Source: Macrostomum lignano
Taxonomy: Eukaryota
Direction: 5' to 3'
NCBI GenBank assembly: GCA_002269645.1
Contig: NIVC01001111.1
Location: forward strand, 1-64,000
DNA length: 64,000 nt
Shown here one piece after another: positions 1 through 11,817 of the stretch. The position numbers and the translations under genes are program-made. Each line of letters opens with the position of its first letter. The stretch's first letter is position 1. The notes beneath the pieces are model-generated. The model ran no database searches and had not been told where the DNA came from. It was given only the letters and a program-made list of their open reading frames with translations.

Positions 1-1686
1 TCGCTGGCGTAATCCGAGCTCGGAGCTGCTCGTAGGTCATCGGAGCGCCGTCCTCGTTGACGTGGCCGCCATCGTCGCGACCCTGCAGGCCGCTATTGAC
101 AGTGACAACCGAGCAGGCCAGGAAAGCGGTCCGATAGTTCATCTCGCGTACTCCGAGGGCTTTGAGACCTGGATGGTGAGATGTGTCATTATTTAGACTT
201 CACACACGATCACATCGTACATCATACGATCTATCGATACTAAAAGTCTTCACTAGGAGGGCTAACCCCCAAAGCACAGAGGGCCAACCCCCAACTGTCT
301 GACGTCATTAGATTACGTCATCATACCCCGAATTCCCGCGTCCTGCTGCCCGTCCTGGTTGCGAATTCGCGGTCCCGACTCGAGCCGGAGGCTGCTAGCC
401 TGCGAGGACTGCATAGCGGCCACATCCGGCATAACAATAAATGTGCCGTATAGTTCAACATTGTCGCCAGGCTGAGCCGATTCGACGCAATCGCCGCGCA
501 AGATAACGTCTACGCTGCGCGGGATGCTGCCGCGTGGCGTCTCCAATTGAGTCTCCTGGATTTTCACCTGCGGACCAATTGGTAGACACAATACATGAGA
601 AACACTTGTCAAACTGATTCTGTCAATTTTTATTCATTGAGGATTAACCATTCGGTTCTTTGATCAGAGGCCTTGAGATTAGGGAGGATTTTGAGTTAGG
701 ATTTTTAACGGGGCTCAAATGATTAACGAGGCTTATTAAAGCACTGAGGGAGGATTGGTGCTGCTTATCAAAGCCCTGAGGGAGGATTGGTGCTGCTTAT
801 TAAAGCACTGAGGGAGGATTGGGTGCTGCTTATCAAAGCACTGAGGGAGGATTGGTGCTGCTTATCAAGGCACTGAGGGAGGATTGGTGCTGCTTATCAA
901 AGCACTGAGGGAGGATTGGTGCTGCTTATCAAAGCACTGAGGATTGGTGCTGCTTATCAAAGCACTGAGGATTGGTGCTGCTTATCAAAGCACTGAGGAT
1001 TGGTGCTGCTTATCAAAGCATTGAGGGGAGGATTGGTGCTGCTTATCAAAGCACTGAGGATTGGTGCTGATTATCAAAGCACTGAGGGAGGATTGGTGCT
1101 GCTTATCAAAGCACTGAGGGAGGATTGGTGCTGCTTATCAAACATTGAGGATTGGTGCTGCTTATCAAAGCACTGAGGATTGGTGCTGCTTATCAAAGCA
1201 CTGAGGATTGGTGCTGCTTATCAAAGCACTGAGGGAGGATTGGTGCTGCTTATCAAAGCATTGAGGATTGGTGCTGCTTATCAAAGCACTGAGGATTGGT
1301 GCTGCTTATCAAAGCACTGAGGGAGGATTGGTGCTGCTTATCAAAGCATTGAGGATATTACACCCTTAATATGAAAGAAACATACCTTCTGAAAATCCAC
1401 GAACTTGCTGCTAGCCTGAACCAGTTCAAATTTGTTTCTATTATTGCACTCAGTATTGCGGCAAACTCGCGGCTCAGTGTAGCGAAACTGCTGTTGCAGG
1501 CCGCTAATCACCGTGTTACACTGGGCGCAGCGAAACGTGCCGCTGACCAGCTCCGGGTGCACGGGATGGGATCGGATTACCTGGCCGCTGATGCGCATCA
1601 GGGTGCCAATTGTGCTGCAGTTTAATTCGCGAATCTTTTTCGAATTGTCAACTCCGACAAAGCCAACGTACATCTCCTTCTTAGGT

Positions 1687-1718
<32 letters not shown>

Positions 1719-4700
1719 TGACTGCTGGGCCTGTTGGGAAGACTCTGCAGCGGCCAGCTCGGAGACAAACAGGGTTAGCGCTGTGCACAGAGCCGGGTAA
1801 ACTCGGTAATACTGGTTGAGAACAACGCCAGCCAGCGAGCTGCTGTACCGGTCGACATCGGCAAAGTGCACAGACAGGGTGTTCTTCTCCGGTTCAAGTA
1901 GCCGCTTGGCAGCCTCGTGATACTTTTTGCGACCATTGTCTTGGAACCTGATCAGTGGTAATCAAGCGATATAAACTTGTTAGAGGACTTTAAACAATCT
2001 TTAAATATTTTCAGTGGAGCCGGTCCACATACAGCGGCCCAAACTTGATTTATCGTTAGGCATGTACACTTCACTGTGCCTTGGGGCTGGCCATCAAGGG
2101 TGTTAATTGCACAAGCCTAACCTAAGCTAAGATTCCAATTTTGTCCCAAACTAATGTGACTGCAATTGTAATCAAGGCTGGACTACTGGCACAAGAGTGC
2201 CATACAGACCCTAGAGTATGCCTCTACAGTCATATAGTCATTGATATATATATTATTACTTTTTAAGTATTAATATTTATTTATTATTTAATTATAATTA
2301 ACTATTACTGTTAATATATATCACTTACTCTTAATTTTATTGCAAGTGTACATAAATTTCTGACAATATTTCTCTACTTCGTCTCTTATAGTTCAAAACC
2401 TCTGAATAGATATCTAGAAATAGAATTATAACAAAAATAATAATTACATTCATATTATGTTTCATATATAAAGAATAAAAAAACATCAAATCGTTATCTT
2501 GCAAAAAACATAGAAATCAGTTTTGCATTAAATTTTCAAATTTTATGATTATGGAATGATGGAAAACTATTGTGACTATTATTGATAACATAGTTTTTTA
2601 ATTTTCAGTGCATGTCACACACAAAATGTATACACCAAAAGCCCAAAATCACTTTTTGTATACCAACATATGCCATAGTCTAGTGGTTCTCAACTTGCAG
2701 GTTACAACCCACAGTGGGATTGTGTGACCATTTTCTGGGGCTTGTAGCACTAAGAAATGTAAGTACATCATACTTAATGATGTCTTATTTTGATTATAGA
2801 AGGGGTTGCAAACATTAAATATAATGCAAGTGAATAAATTAGGGTTGCCTGAAAAAAAGGTTGAGAACCACTGCCATAGTCTAGAAGAAGGCATATATGC
2901 TGAAAATTTCTAGGGTATACTCAAGAAATCTGGTATGCATGTTCATACATGTGCAACAGTTGACCAAGTCGGCCAACCAATTTGGCAGCCAACCATAGAA
3001 GTTGCAAAAATGCCCACCCAAAAAACACCAAGTAGTAGTACTAAATAGCTGACAAGGCATTTTGGGTTTATAAGACAGTCATAGTTACTCCTGCCATTCA
3101 CCCAATGTTGCATTAATTGCATTTTTTACATGTAAGTCACATTTTTGGCCAAAAACTACATTGCATTTTTGTTAAAACTAAGTTGCACAGCCAACCAAAT
3201 TTTGGAGGTCGCACATTTATGTGCATGTTGGTGTAAAAAATGATTTTGGGCTTTTAGTGGGCACATTTAATTTTTTGCTGTATGACATGCACCTAAAATT
3301 ATGTTATCAATAATAGTCACAATAGTTATCTATGCATTATAAATAATAATCATAAAATTTGATAACTATTCAATGCAAAACTATTTTCTATGCTTTTTAC
3401 AAGGTAACAATTTTTAATTTTAATAAAAACAAACAATAAACAAATTTTGTTTTTTTCTTTGAATATATGAAATGTTATACAAATATATTATTATTTTTTG
3501 TATTACCCTTATCTAATTTAAAAACTTTTATCAAAATTACTAGTCTAATAGTACCATTGTAAAATTGACAATTTGAAGCTTTGCATAAGTAATGTTTGGC
3601 ATACATTGGCATACACCAAAAAAATTGCATTTTTTCAGGTGCTAACCAATTTGGCAATAGAGATTCACCATGAACAAATTTGGCAAAAGCAAATTCAGTG
3701 ACAATCTAGTCAAATTTGGTGACAATCTAGATTCTAATCAAATTTGGCGACAAAAAACTTTTGTATAATCTTTTTAATTCTTTTAGTACAATGGTATTAG
3801 ACAGCATATTAGTTTGCCTTTATAATTGAGTTTGTTTTTTATCTTTATTTATCGTGTACTTTTCAAATGCACTTTCCAATAAATGTTTGCTCATTTTTTG
3901 AAGATGTTTGTTCTAGAATTTTTGTTCATTTTTTGAAGATGTTTGTTCTAGAATGTTTGTTCATTCTTAAAGACACACAATGTCTATTTTGATTGAACAC
4001 CATTTTTTCTATTAAAGGTTATGCAGGAGTTTAGTGGCTAGAATCTTAAGGCACCTCTTTGCCATAAAAATCTAGATATAGTGTATAGCAATAGTATCAA
4101 TTGATAATACCTCTAATATACATTTTTCAATGTATTCAGCTAATTATGCAAACCCCATACTTAAGTAGGTTGTATTGTATTGTTAATAAAGGGGATGGGG
4201 GTTGGTCTAATAGATAGCTTATATCTGAAGCCTTAGTTGCAATCAATAAATTAGACTAAAAGACTTGTTGCAAAATTTGCCTAGATTATTGCTAAATTTG
4301 CATGAATCCTTTTTTGGGATACATATAGACCATTCCAAACTATGGCATATATGCTAAATTTCTTGAATATATCCTAGCAACAAGGTCCCAAGGTCTAGTA
4401 CTATGTGCATAGCATGCATCAATGAGTTGGCAAAGTTTTTTGGTATGCTTTGTGTAGCAAGGCAATGTATAAAAAAGTAAAATGCATGGCACCATAGTCA
4501 GAGCTATGTAATAGCTATGCCATACAGAAAATTTTCAGTCATTTTAAAACATGATATAATACTTGTCATTTTTTAAGCAAATAAAATGCAAAACACAAAA
4601 AGCAATAGTTGCAACATAAAAAAAGGTCCTTTATTGTTGCAGCACCTCAATTTGTGACCTCCCCCTTGGTCTATTGGCATCACTTGAGATAGTAGATTTG

Positions 4701-6118
4701 ATCCAACTTTCCTATAGTCTTTAGGCCTGCAGAGTAAAAAAATTATTGTTTACATGGTGCATACTTAGGACTATAGATAGTATCCCTATTAGGCCTATAC
4801 AAAAACCTAGGTCTAGGACTAGATGACCTAGACTCTGGAAAGTTACATATATGCTAGAAAATTCCAGCATACAAATGATCCCTTTCAAAGTTGGCATATA
4901 ATTTTGGCATAAAAATTCATGCAAATTTTTTGTGTATAAATTTTGGTAAATAAATTTATGCCATGCATGAAAATTGTAATGTACATTAACATTTTTATGT
5001 AAAATAAAGGACAATTTCAAGTCTAAAAAAGTCTAAAAAGTCAATGATAAACTTTATGCTTCTTCAAAATTAAAAATAAATAAAAATAGTATAACTCATC
5101 ATTGAAATGTAAATTTTGCATCATGTTTTCTATAGGTATAATGTAAGTTTGTTTAAAATGAAAATAATTAGGCCTATAATATTTTAAAGACTTTATATAA
5201 AAGCCTTTCTTAGAAAATTCTACTCATAAAAACCAAATGACCTTTTTAAGAGGAATTTTTGGCATAAATTTTAGAGAAATTTTTTGTCTCTGGCACTTTT
5301 TACACTGGTATACATTTAGCTAAGATAGGATTCTTGTTCCAGTGTACACTATTACAGTTTTTAGTCATTTTGTCATCTACCATTTCGTCATCTGGGATGT
5401 CTGGGGTACTCAGCTCAATTAGAGACACTTTGTCATCTTAATTAGCATGCAATATCTGAAGAGTCATTTTGTTATTCATTAATCATATTAGTTCCAACTT
5501 TCAAGTGAAATTATTATGGCAATTAAACATTTACTTGGAATCCTAATGATCTTAGTCATTTTGTCATCTTGATTGATAAAACCTGTTGATCAATGATCAA
5601 TTGGTTCTGCTTGCTGCAGCTTATAATTAATAAAAACCAAAATAGTTTACACTAACTCAAATCTCACACAGATTGATTGGTTTGATGACAAATTATCTAG
5701 TATAACTAAATATTTGGTCACTTTTTCATATTATTTTTCAAAGCTACTTTGCTTCTGGTCACTTTGTCATCTGATATGACGAAATAGAATATGACAATCT
5801 GACCAGTGACCCACTACTACATAATCCAGACATTGGTAGGTAGATGACCAAATTCAACAAATTTAACTAGGAATAGTTAAATTGTCAATTGACATGATTT
5901 GTAGACAACAAAAGGATTCCCTTTGTCATAAAGCCCTTTTCAGAACCAATAATAAAGTGACTAGAATTCATAAAAAGCAAAAAACAGGTATGCCATGTTT
6001 GCTGCCAATAAAAGTAAAGAACTTACTCATCTAAAAACTGATGAAACAGAGCTTTTGCATTTTCAGAGACATCATCAAGGACTCTATTGTGTTGGGCATT
6101 TTGATTGACGGCTTCCAT
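1..6118 (-). CDS. MCM6: DNA replication licensing factor MCM6, 5' part (continues off the left end). Exons 6027-6118, 1386-1947, 327-567, 1-168
   Basis: Spliced translation: MEAVNQNAQHNRVLDDVSENAKALFHQFLDE/FQDNGRKKYHEAAKRLLEPEKNTLSVHFADVDRY...GTLMRISGQVIRSHPVHPELVSGTFRC...KFVDFQK/VKIQETQLETPRGSIPRSVDVILR.../GLKALGVREMNYRTAFLAC. These are diagnostic MCM6 motifs. All GT-AG junctions are phase-compatible (2, 0, 1). ATG at 6116-6118. Confidence 0.95.
257..294 (+). repeat. Short fragment of the SINE central domain (GAGGGCYAACCCCCAAAGCACAG, partly duplicated)
   Basis: Matches the GAGGGCCGACCCCCAAAGCACAG segment inside the SINE at 35814-36122. Confidence 0.5.
731..1356. repeat. Minisatellite, 32-bp unit (GCTTATCAAAGCACTGAGGGAGGATTGGTGCT) with 28-bp variants, about 20 copies, MCM6 intron 2
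   Basis: Tandem units read directly from the sequence. Confidence 0.95.
2030..2097 (-). repeat. Isolated SINE central-domain fragment in MCM6 intron 1
   Basis: Reverse complement CCCCAAGGCACAGTGAAGTGTACATGCCTAACGATAAATCAAGTTTGGGCCGCTGTA closely matches the core of the SINEs at 35.9 kb and 50.5 kb. Confidence 0.75.
2490..3415. mobile_element. Old foldback/long-TIR non-autonomous element (degenerate inverted arms about 2490-2670 and 3220-3415)
   Basis: Arms share blocks such as AACTATTGTGACTATTATTGATAACATA and CATAGAAA..AGTTTTGCATT in inverted orientation. No clear TSD. Confidence 0.55.
2681..2873. mobile_element. hAT-family MITE (193 bp)
   Basis: TIR TAGTGGTTCTCAAC / GTTGAGAACCACTG with perfect 8-bp TSD CCATAGTC (2673-2680, 2874-2881). 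Confidence 0.85.
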
Positions 6119-8215
6119 TTTCAATAATTGTTGTTTACAAACGTGTTTTTTTTAATTTAGTAGCTAGCTAACTAGGCCTATCCTCAATTTTTGGATGTCG
6201 GGATGAGTTTAGAATACAAATTAGGTAGGCCTAGTCAGGGTAGAATTTAATGAGCTAGCCTTTGCTTTGAATCGATTAAAAATGCAGAGGGAAGTGCCGA
6301 CCGAGCGGTGACGATGGGGGCTGGCTGATTAATTAATGAATTCAATGACTGACGTGACAAGGTATGCGACGCGACTCTCGGGTATTCTCAGCAGCAGTCT
6401 AAGAATATTTTACGTTTCCCGCATAGTTAGTTCAAGAATTAAATATTAAATATATTTGAAATCGTAGACCATAAACGTAAAACAAGGAAGGCTGTTATGT
6501 GTATACATTAATTAAATTTTTTTACTATGAGGCTTTAATTAGCCTACAATTTATATTTTTAAAAATTGACAGCAATAAAACAGAATTTTAACTACGCTAA
6601 CTTTCGTGGGTGTGTAATGTACTTTTTACTTTTGGTTTAAATTAAACGGAAAGAAAGGAGGTCATTTCCGATTCTGACATGGAGAGGAGTCAAAGTTTGG
6701 GTGGAAAGGTATAATCATAGCTAGATAAACTTAGCACATACAGTTGGAGAGCATGATTTGAGAAGATAACGAAATTACACTGTAGATATTAGGTACATGC
6801 TTGTATAATTGTGGTCAGAATGTTGGTCCGTAAACCAGAAAAAACTCACGTTTTCCGTTCCATCAACAAGTGAATAAATGCCATCGCCAGGCACATGAAA
6901 AACTATTTTAATGGAATTAACTACAATACTTAGCTTGGCAAAATTAATTATAGAATCTATATAGGGATGCGCTTAATTCCATGCAGATACATTTACGTTT
7001 ATTAGAGCCGGGAATTACAGTAGAAATACTAGAAATACCAAAACAAATTCGTGGATGTTTGCATCCAAGTTTATTTTTCGTAAGTAAGGTATTTTCGGAG
7101 TACATGTAACTCATAGCACAACAACCATGCAATCAACTTTGAATATCTAGTTTATCATCCGGAGGATTTTTTAATGCACAACGAATTACACACGCGTTTA
7201 GCTTGCCATCTATTCGTCTACATGATCTCGGTACATGTACATGGTTTCGTGCCGGATGTGGGCGACGAAATTCTCGCTAGGGACGTAATTGAAAGAGCCA
7301 GAATGCCTTTTGATCTGTGCGGGCGTGCTGCACTCGGTGACCTTGACTGACGCGGTGCCACATGTTGCAGATCTTGCGGAGAACACCCTACTGTACAAGC
7401 GACAGCTCGATCAACGAGACACACGGCAATTAGATAAGGCGTTCGGCACCCGCCGCGGTCCAGCAAAAAAAGCGTACGGCTCGCTATGTTCACCTTAACT
7501 ATAGTACCTAAATGAGTGACACGCAAACTCCAGACCCTCATGTACATGTAGCAGGCGGATTGACGTACATTAAAGACGGATCGCTTCTAGGCGCGTGATT
7601 TAAAGCCCCCCCCCCGAAACAAAAACAAGTAGAATTGAAGACTATGTCATTCGGACGTCAGGCTCTTAGCCCATTTCTATTAATTCGATACAAGAGATCA
7701 TGCAAGATCATAGAGAACCTACATGTATACAAACTACAAAAAATATCAGAAAAACAAACACGTTTTTAATTGAGGATAAAGATAAACAGATTATAGGCGC
7801 AATAGGTGCTCAGTTTTAAGTGCCCATTGCATATACATGTGTAATACGAGCGTAACAATAAAAAGATTCACGTACGAGCGTATAATGTTACGTGTTCGCT
7901 TATAAAATACTTTGTTCAGCAAGGTGCAACAGTGCGCAATATGTAGAATATTTGAAGTAGCTAAGGCTAAAAGCATGAGCTGCGCCTACGAAAGTACTCG
8001 CGCATTTTCTCGTAATTCGATGACGATTAGTGCTGCGATCAAAGAATTTGCTGCATGTAACTACGAATTTTATAAAGATGGCGAAACAGTGCGAATGTGG
8101 TATTCGGCTTGAGACATGAATTTAGTTTCGGTTCATTCTCCAAACTTAAGAGTAAACAACAGATCGACTCTAAGAGTTTCTTCAATAAATGTGAAGGTGA
8201 GAGCTAGTTCTAAAT

Positions 8216-10048
8216 CTAGCCGTCCTCCCATGGCGTCACCGTAGAGCTGTCCGGCTTTTTCTCTGACGCAGCCTCCGTCTCCCAAGGCGCCACCTCGCCC
8301 GCGCTCGCCTTGTTCGCGACTGGTTCGCAGCCGCTCGGCCCAGCTTGATCCACCGGTCGCGTCTTGAGCACTCGAGTTCCGGATGAACTCGATGCCTCCA
8401 GACTGCTCTGCGTCTCCACTTTGCCGCGCTGAGAGATTGACGCTGTCACAGTTGGGTGCGCCGCGCATGACGATGTCGGCTGTGCCGCCTTCTTGCCGAA
8501 GTTAAACAGGGCGCCGCGCTTTTTCATAGCGTGGCGCTCAATTGCCGACTGCAGCAGCGTTTTGTAATCGTCGGAGCGCAGGAAGCGCTGGTAGCTGTCC
8601 TTCTTCATCAACAGGTAGATGTGCTCCTGGGCTTCTTCAAAGGAGAATCGGTTGGGCGACTGCATGCCCTTCTGAGTAATTGTCATGGTCTTGGAATCGA
8701 TGTTGATCTCGGATGGCGCTCCCGGAGCAAGAAACTCGTCAAAAATTTGCGTCATGCGCGATCTCAGCTGGTCGTTGGGACCGAACTTGTAATCCTGCAC
8801 AGCTAGCCAAAAGCTGAGATTCTCCGAGCTGAACTCCTTAGTAAGAAACTGTTTAAAGTACTCCCGGCCAGCTGCATCACGGAGGAGAAAGTCAAAATAA
8901 GCTGACCACATTTTTACCTGCTTTGGTGTCAGACCACTCTCTCCGTAGCCCAGGCTGTTCTGAAACACAGCCACATCATCACCAACCCAGGGCGACTGAC
9001 CGCTGGTCAGAGCGGCGCTATCTGATGATGGTCCTCCTGAGTGATCGGCTTCAGTAAAGGACGTGTCGACCGCAGGCCCAGCACCAGCTGTGCCTGCGGC
9101 TGAATTGCTGCCATTTGCTGGTTGCTGTGCCATCGTCCCTGCTGTCCCTGGTGCCGCCGGCCGAGTGTGCAAGAACCAATCAAATGCCTTGGAGATCTCG
9201 TAGCAAGCAATGATGGTCTCACCGGACTTGTGATGCGCATTCTGACTGCTGACTAGGGACTCCTTGTGCTGACGTCGGCGACGCTGCTTGGCTAATCGAT
9301 TCTGCGTCTGGGTGAGGCTGAAGTGCCGCGGTACCGGGTGATCAACTGAGTTAATGTAGCCCGGAGGCGGTCGGTGCACGCGCCAGTAGGCCTGCTCCTG
9401 CATTTCTAACACCATTCGGTCATTCTTTTTGCGCTCCCGCAGCAGCTTCAGCTCCTCCTCGGCCTGCAGAGCGATAAACTGCCAGCGATCGGCCAGCAAC
9501 TTTTGCAGCTTGGACAGGGCCAACTTTTCAAAGTCCTCGAAGCCTGGTTTCTGCTTGCTGCGAATCATGCGCTTGACCAGGTGAATAGCATAGTCTAGAT
9601 TGTCAGGTCGACCGGAAATCGATAGCCAATAATACGGCGACTGAAAGCGGTACAGACACGATGGATCGTCCCTCACCGCCAAGGAATAATCATCGCTCAG
9701 AGGGTAGACGTAGCCGTAGATTGCCAAGAGGCTGGCAATGTGGTTGGCCTCTGTCGGTTCCTCGGCTCCCGTGTATCGTCGGACCCAGGCGATGAGGTCG
9801 CTACCGGCAACTGCCGCCGGCACAGAGGTCAGAAATGCCTTCTGGGCTCGAAAAGTGACACCTGTTTGAGGATGTTGCATTGCCTGTACCATCGCCTCTA
9901 GCTTCGTGACGACGTGTGTATGACGCCAGTTGTCCAGCGCCGAGCTTGAGCTGCAGCCAACTGTCTGCTGCTGCTGCTGCTGGTGGTCGGTGACCTGGCG
10001 TCCTTCTTCGTCTTCACTGACATCGGATGCACAGTTTACTAGTGTCAT
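8216..10048 (-). CDS. R7-family regulator of G-protein signalling (DEP-DHEX-degenerate GGL-RGS), single exon, 610 aa
   Basis: DEP (KLEAMVQAMQHPQTGV...GSDLIAW...YRFQSPYYW), DHEX (LDYAIHLVKRM...QEQAYWRVHRPPPG), GGL remnant (DWFL...SPWVGDD) and RGS box (FDFLLRDAAGREYFKQFLTKEFSSENLSFW...EINID...KKDSYQRFLRS). RGS6/7/9/11-type, but the exact orthologue cannot be resolved by eye. Confidence 0.93.
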   Translation of the reverse strand: MTLVNCASDVSEDEEGRQVTDHQQQQQQTVGCSSSSALDNWRHTHVVTKLEAMVQAMQHPQTGVTFRAQKAFLTSVPAAVAGSDLIAWVRRYTGAEEPTEANHIASLLAIYGYVYPLSDDYSLAVRDDPSCLYRFQSPYYWLSISGRPDNLDYAIHLVKRMIRSKQKPGFEDFEKLALSKLQKLLADRWQFIALQAEEELKLLRERKKNDRMVLEMQEQAYWRVHRPPPGYINSVDHPVPRHFSLTQTQNRLAKQRRRRQHKESLVSSQNAHHKSGETIIACYEISKAFDWFLHTRPAAPGTAGTMAQQPANGSNSAAGTAGAGPAVDTSFTEADHSGGPSSDSAALTSGQSPWVGDDVAVFQNSLGYGESGLTPKQVKMWSAYFDFLLRDAAGREYFKQFLTKEFSSENLSFWLAVQDYKFGPNDQLRSRMTQIFDEFLAPGAPSEINIDSKTMTITQKGMQSPNRFSFEEAQEHIYLLMKKDSYQRFLRSDDYKTLLQSAIERHAMKKRGALFNFGKKAAQPTSSCAAHPTVTASISQRGKVETQSSLEASSSSGTRVLKTRPVDQAGPSGCEPVANKASAGEVAPWETEAASEKKPDSSTVTPWEDG

Positions 10049-11241
10049 GCCTTAGGCAGACGGGAAACAGTAGTGAAGCTGTGTGGAATAGTTTCTGCGC
10101 TCGAGTATTAGATTTGAATAAAAGTGACCGAGCTGAGAAATGAGAAGCGAGAGAAAGTGAGTCGGGATGGCGTGCAGGGGTTGAAGGGTGTCGCTCCTCT
10201 AAATTCATCTTTGCAATATCCTTCTCAGTTCTATCCGTCGGTCGCTACTAGCAACCATCCGTCCCATCCCCTCCTACCCGAGCCAGTCTGATCTTCCGTC
10301 TCTTTTTTCTAACCAGCAGCTTCTTCTCCCTTGCTTCCAACTCTTCCCAGCAGAGGTATCGAGTACTCAGTGCAGGGATCCACTTTCTGTTCTCCTCAGT
10401 TCCTTTCCCGCCCGGACTCAACTGTCCCTCTAGCTACATAGCCGTACATTCAAACTCTTTGCTAGCCCGCTCCAGTCAGCAATGCGAGTGCGAGGCTTAG
10501 AGAGGGGGAATTGCGATCGAAGGACGGACCAGGCGGGAAGCGAGTAGCATCATCAACTGCTCGCGGTCCTGCGAGTTGCACTTTCTGAAAAGCAGCGGCC
10601 ATGGTTAGCAAAATCCAGCCAATACTCATGCTTCATTCCCAAATTAAGCTTCAACGAACGTCACTATATGGGCACTGTATGCTACATTAAAATGTGGCAA
10701 CAAAGTGTGGCAAGAAGTAATGCACTGCTGTGAGAGCGTACATGCATGTACTTTATGTTTGACAAGCGGATTAATCTGGGACGGGACTTTGAATCAGCGG
10801 TTGTACGGTATCTGTTTGTTCCTTGTCCTACTAGTGACTAATTAAACGCAGCATTTGAAAACAGAAGACACAAGAATGCTGGACAGCTCAAGATGATAGC
10901 AATTCGCTAATTAGCTTTGTTTGTTTGGCTTTCTTTATAGAACAAGAATGAACATTCTAGAATAATTTAGGACTCAGTCGCGTTGCCGGTCTCCAAATCA
11001 GATTCAGTGAGCTCATGATCAAATCAATGGTACAAGTGCAACGCTGCTAGTAAAACGATGCTAGCTATACGTCAAAATCTACGTGGCAAAGACAGCTTGA
11101 AAAGTTGCTTCAGTCTGGAAGGAGGGTGCATACGAGCTTAAAAACTTCAGCTCACAAAATGAGTCATGGAACAGTTCTTCAACCGAAGCTAGCAGAGAAT
11201 TTCTCAAGTGACGTATTTCCCATACAGCGTAATTTGCTTAA

Positions 11242-11817
11242 CAGTAGAAAGACCATGGGGGTGTATTTCAAATACACACATTTTTCTTTTGTCTGGATCT
11301 CCGAAAATATTCAACCAATTGCCATCAAAATCCAGAACACGGGCTAAAATTTTCCGCTCAATTTGATGAAGCAACTCCGAGAATCACGAAAAATCGGCAT
11401 CGTCGAGATATTCAACGATTCTCCTCGGGGTGTCCGGTGGCAAAAACCACCAACATTGGCAAATTTTTTCTGTTCACAAAATCTCATCATGAAACCACGT
11501 CGGCTCAGGAAACTATGCATATGAAATGGACCCAGATTATTGAGCCAATATGGATTCACCATAAGGGTTTATACAGTGTTGGTTGTCCTTGCCACCAGTG
11601 TCTTCCACAAGAATCGTTGAATATCTCGACGATGCTGACGTCGGATGACTTTGAAAGTTAATTCGTTGGAAAGAGGGGGAAATTTTGATTCAAATGGTGG
11701 ACTTTTACGAAAATCGGTTATTCGGTTTGCGAGCTATGGTGAAATTGGTTGTGTGTATTTGTAATACACCCCCCATGGTCTTTCCCCATGGGGAAAAATA
11801 GCGTGGTCTTTCTACTG
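11242..11817. mobile_element. Non-autonomous DNA transposon (576 bp) flanked by TTAA
   Basis: Termini CAGTAGAAAGACCA / TGGTCTTTCTACTG, with TTAA at 11238-11241 and 11818-11821. Extended subterminal symmetry and an internal 25-bp inverted pair (about 11398-11422 and 11610-11634). Confidence 0.8.

Noticed and set aside
7210-7550. GC-richer island with a BED-finger-like stretch (ATCGTASVKVTECSTPAQIKRH)
   Set aside because: Cys/His spacing is incomplete and there are no supporting transposase motifs or TIRs. It cannot be supported without a search.
8133-9240. Antisense or alternative-frame ORFs overlapping RGS, ankyrin, ZF, mariner and RACK1 exons
   Set aside because: These are expected shadow ORFs of GC-rich coding sequence, with no motifs of their own.
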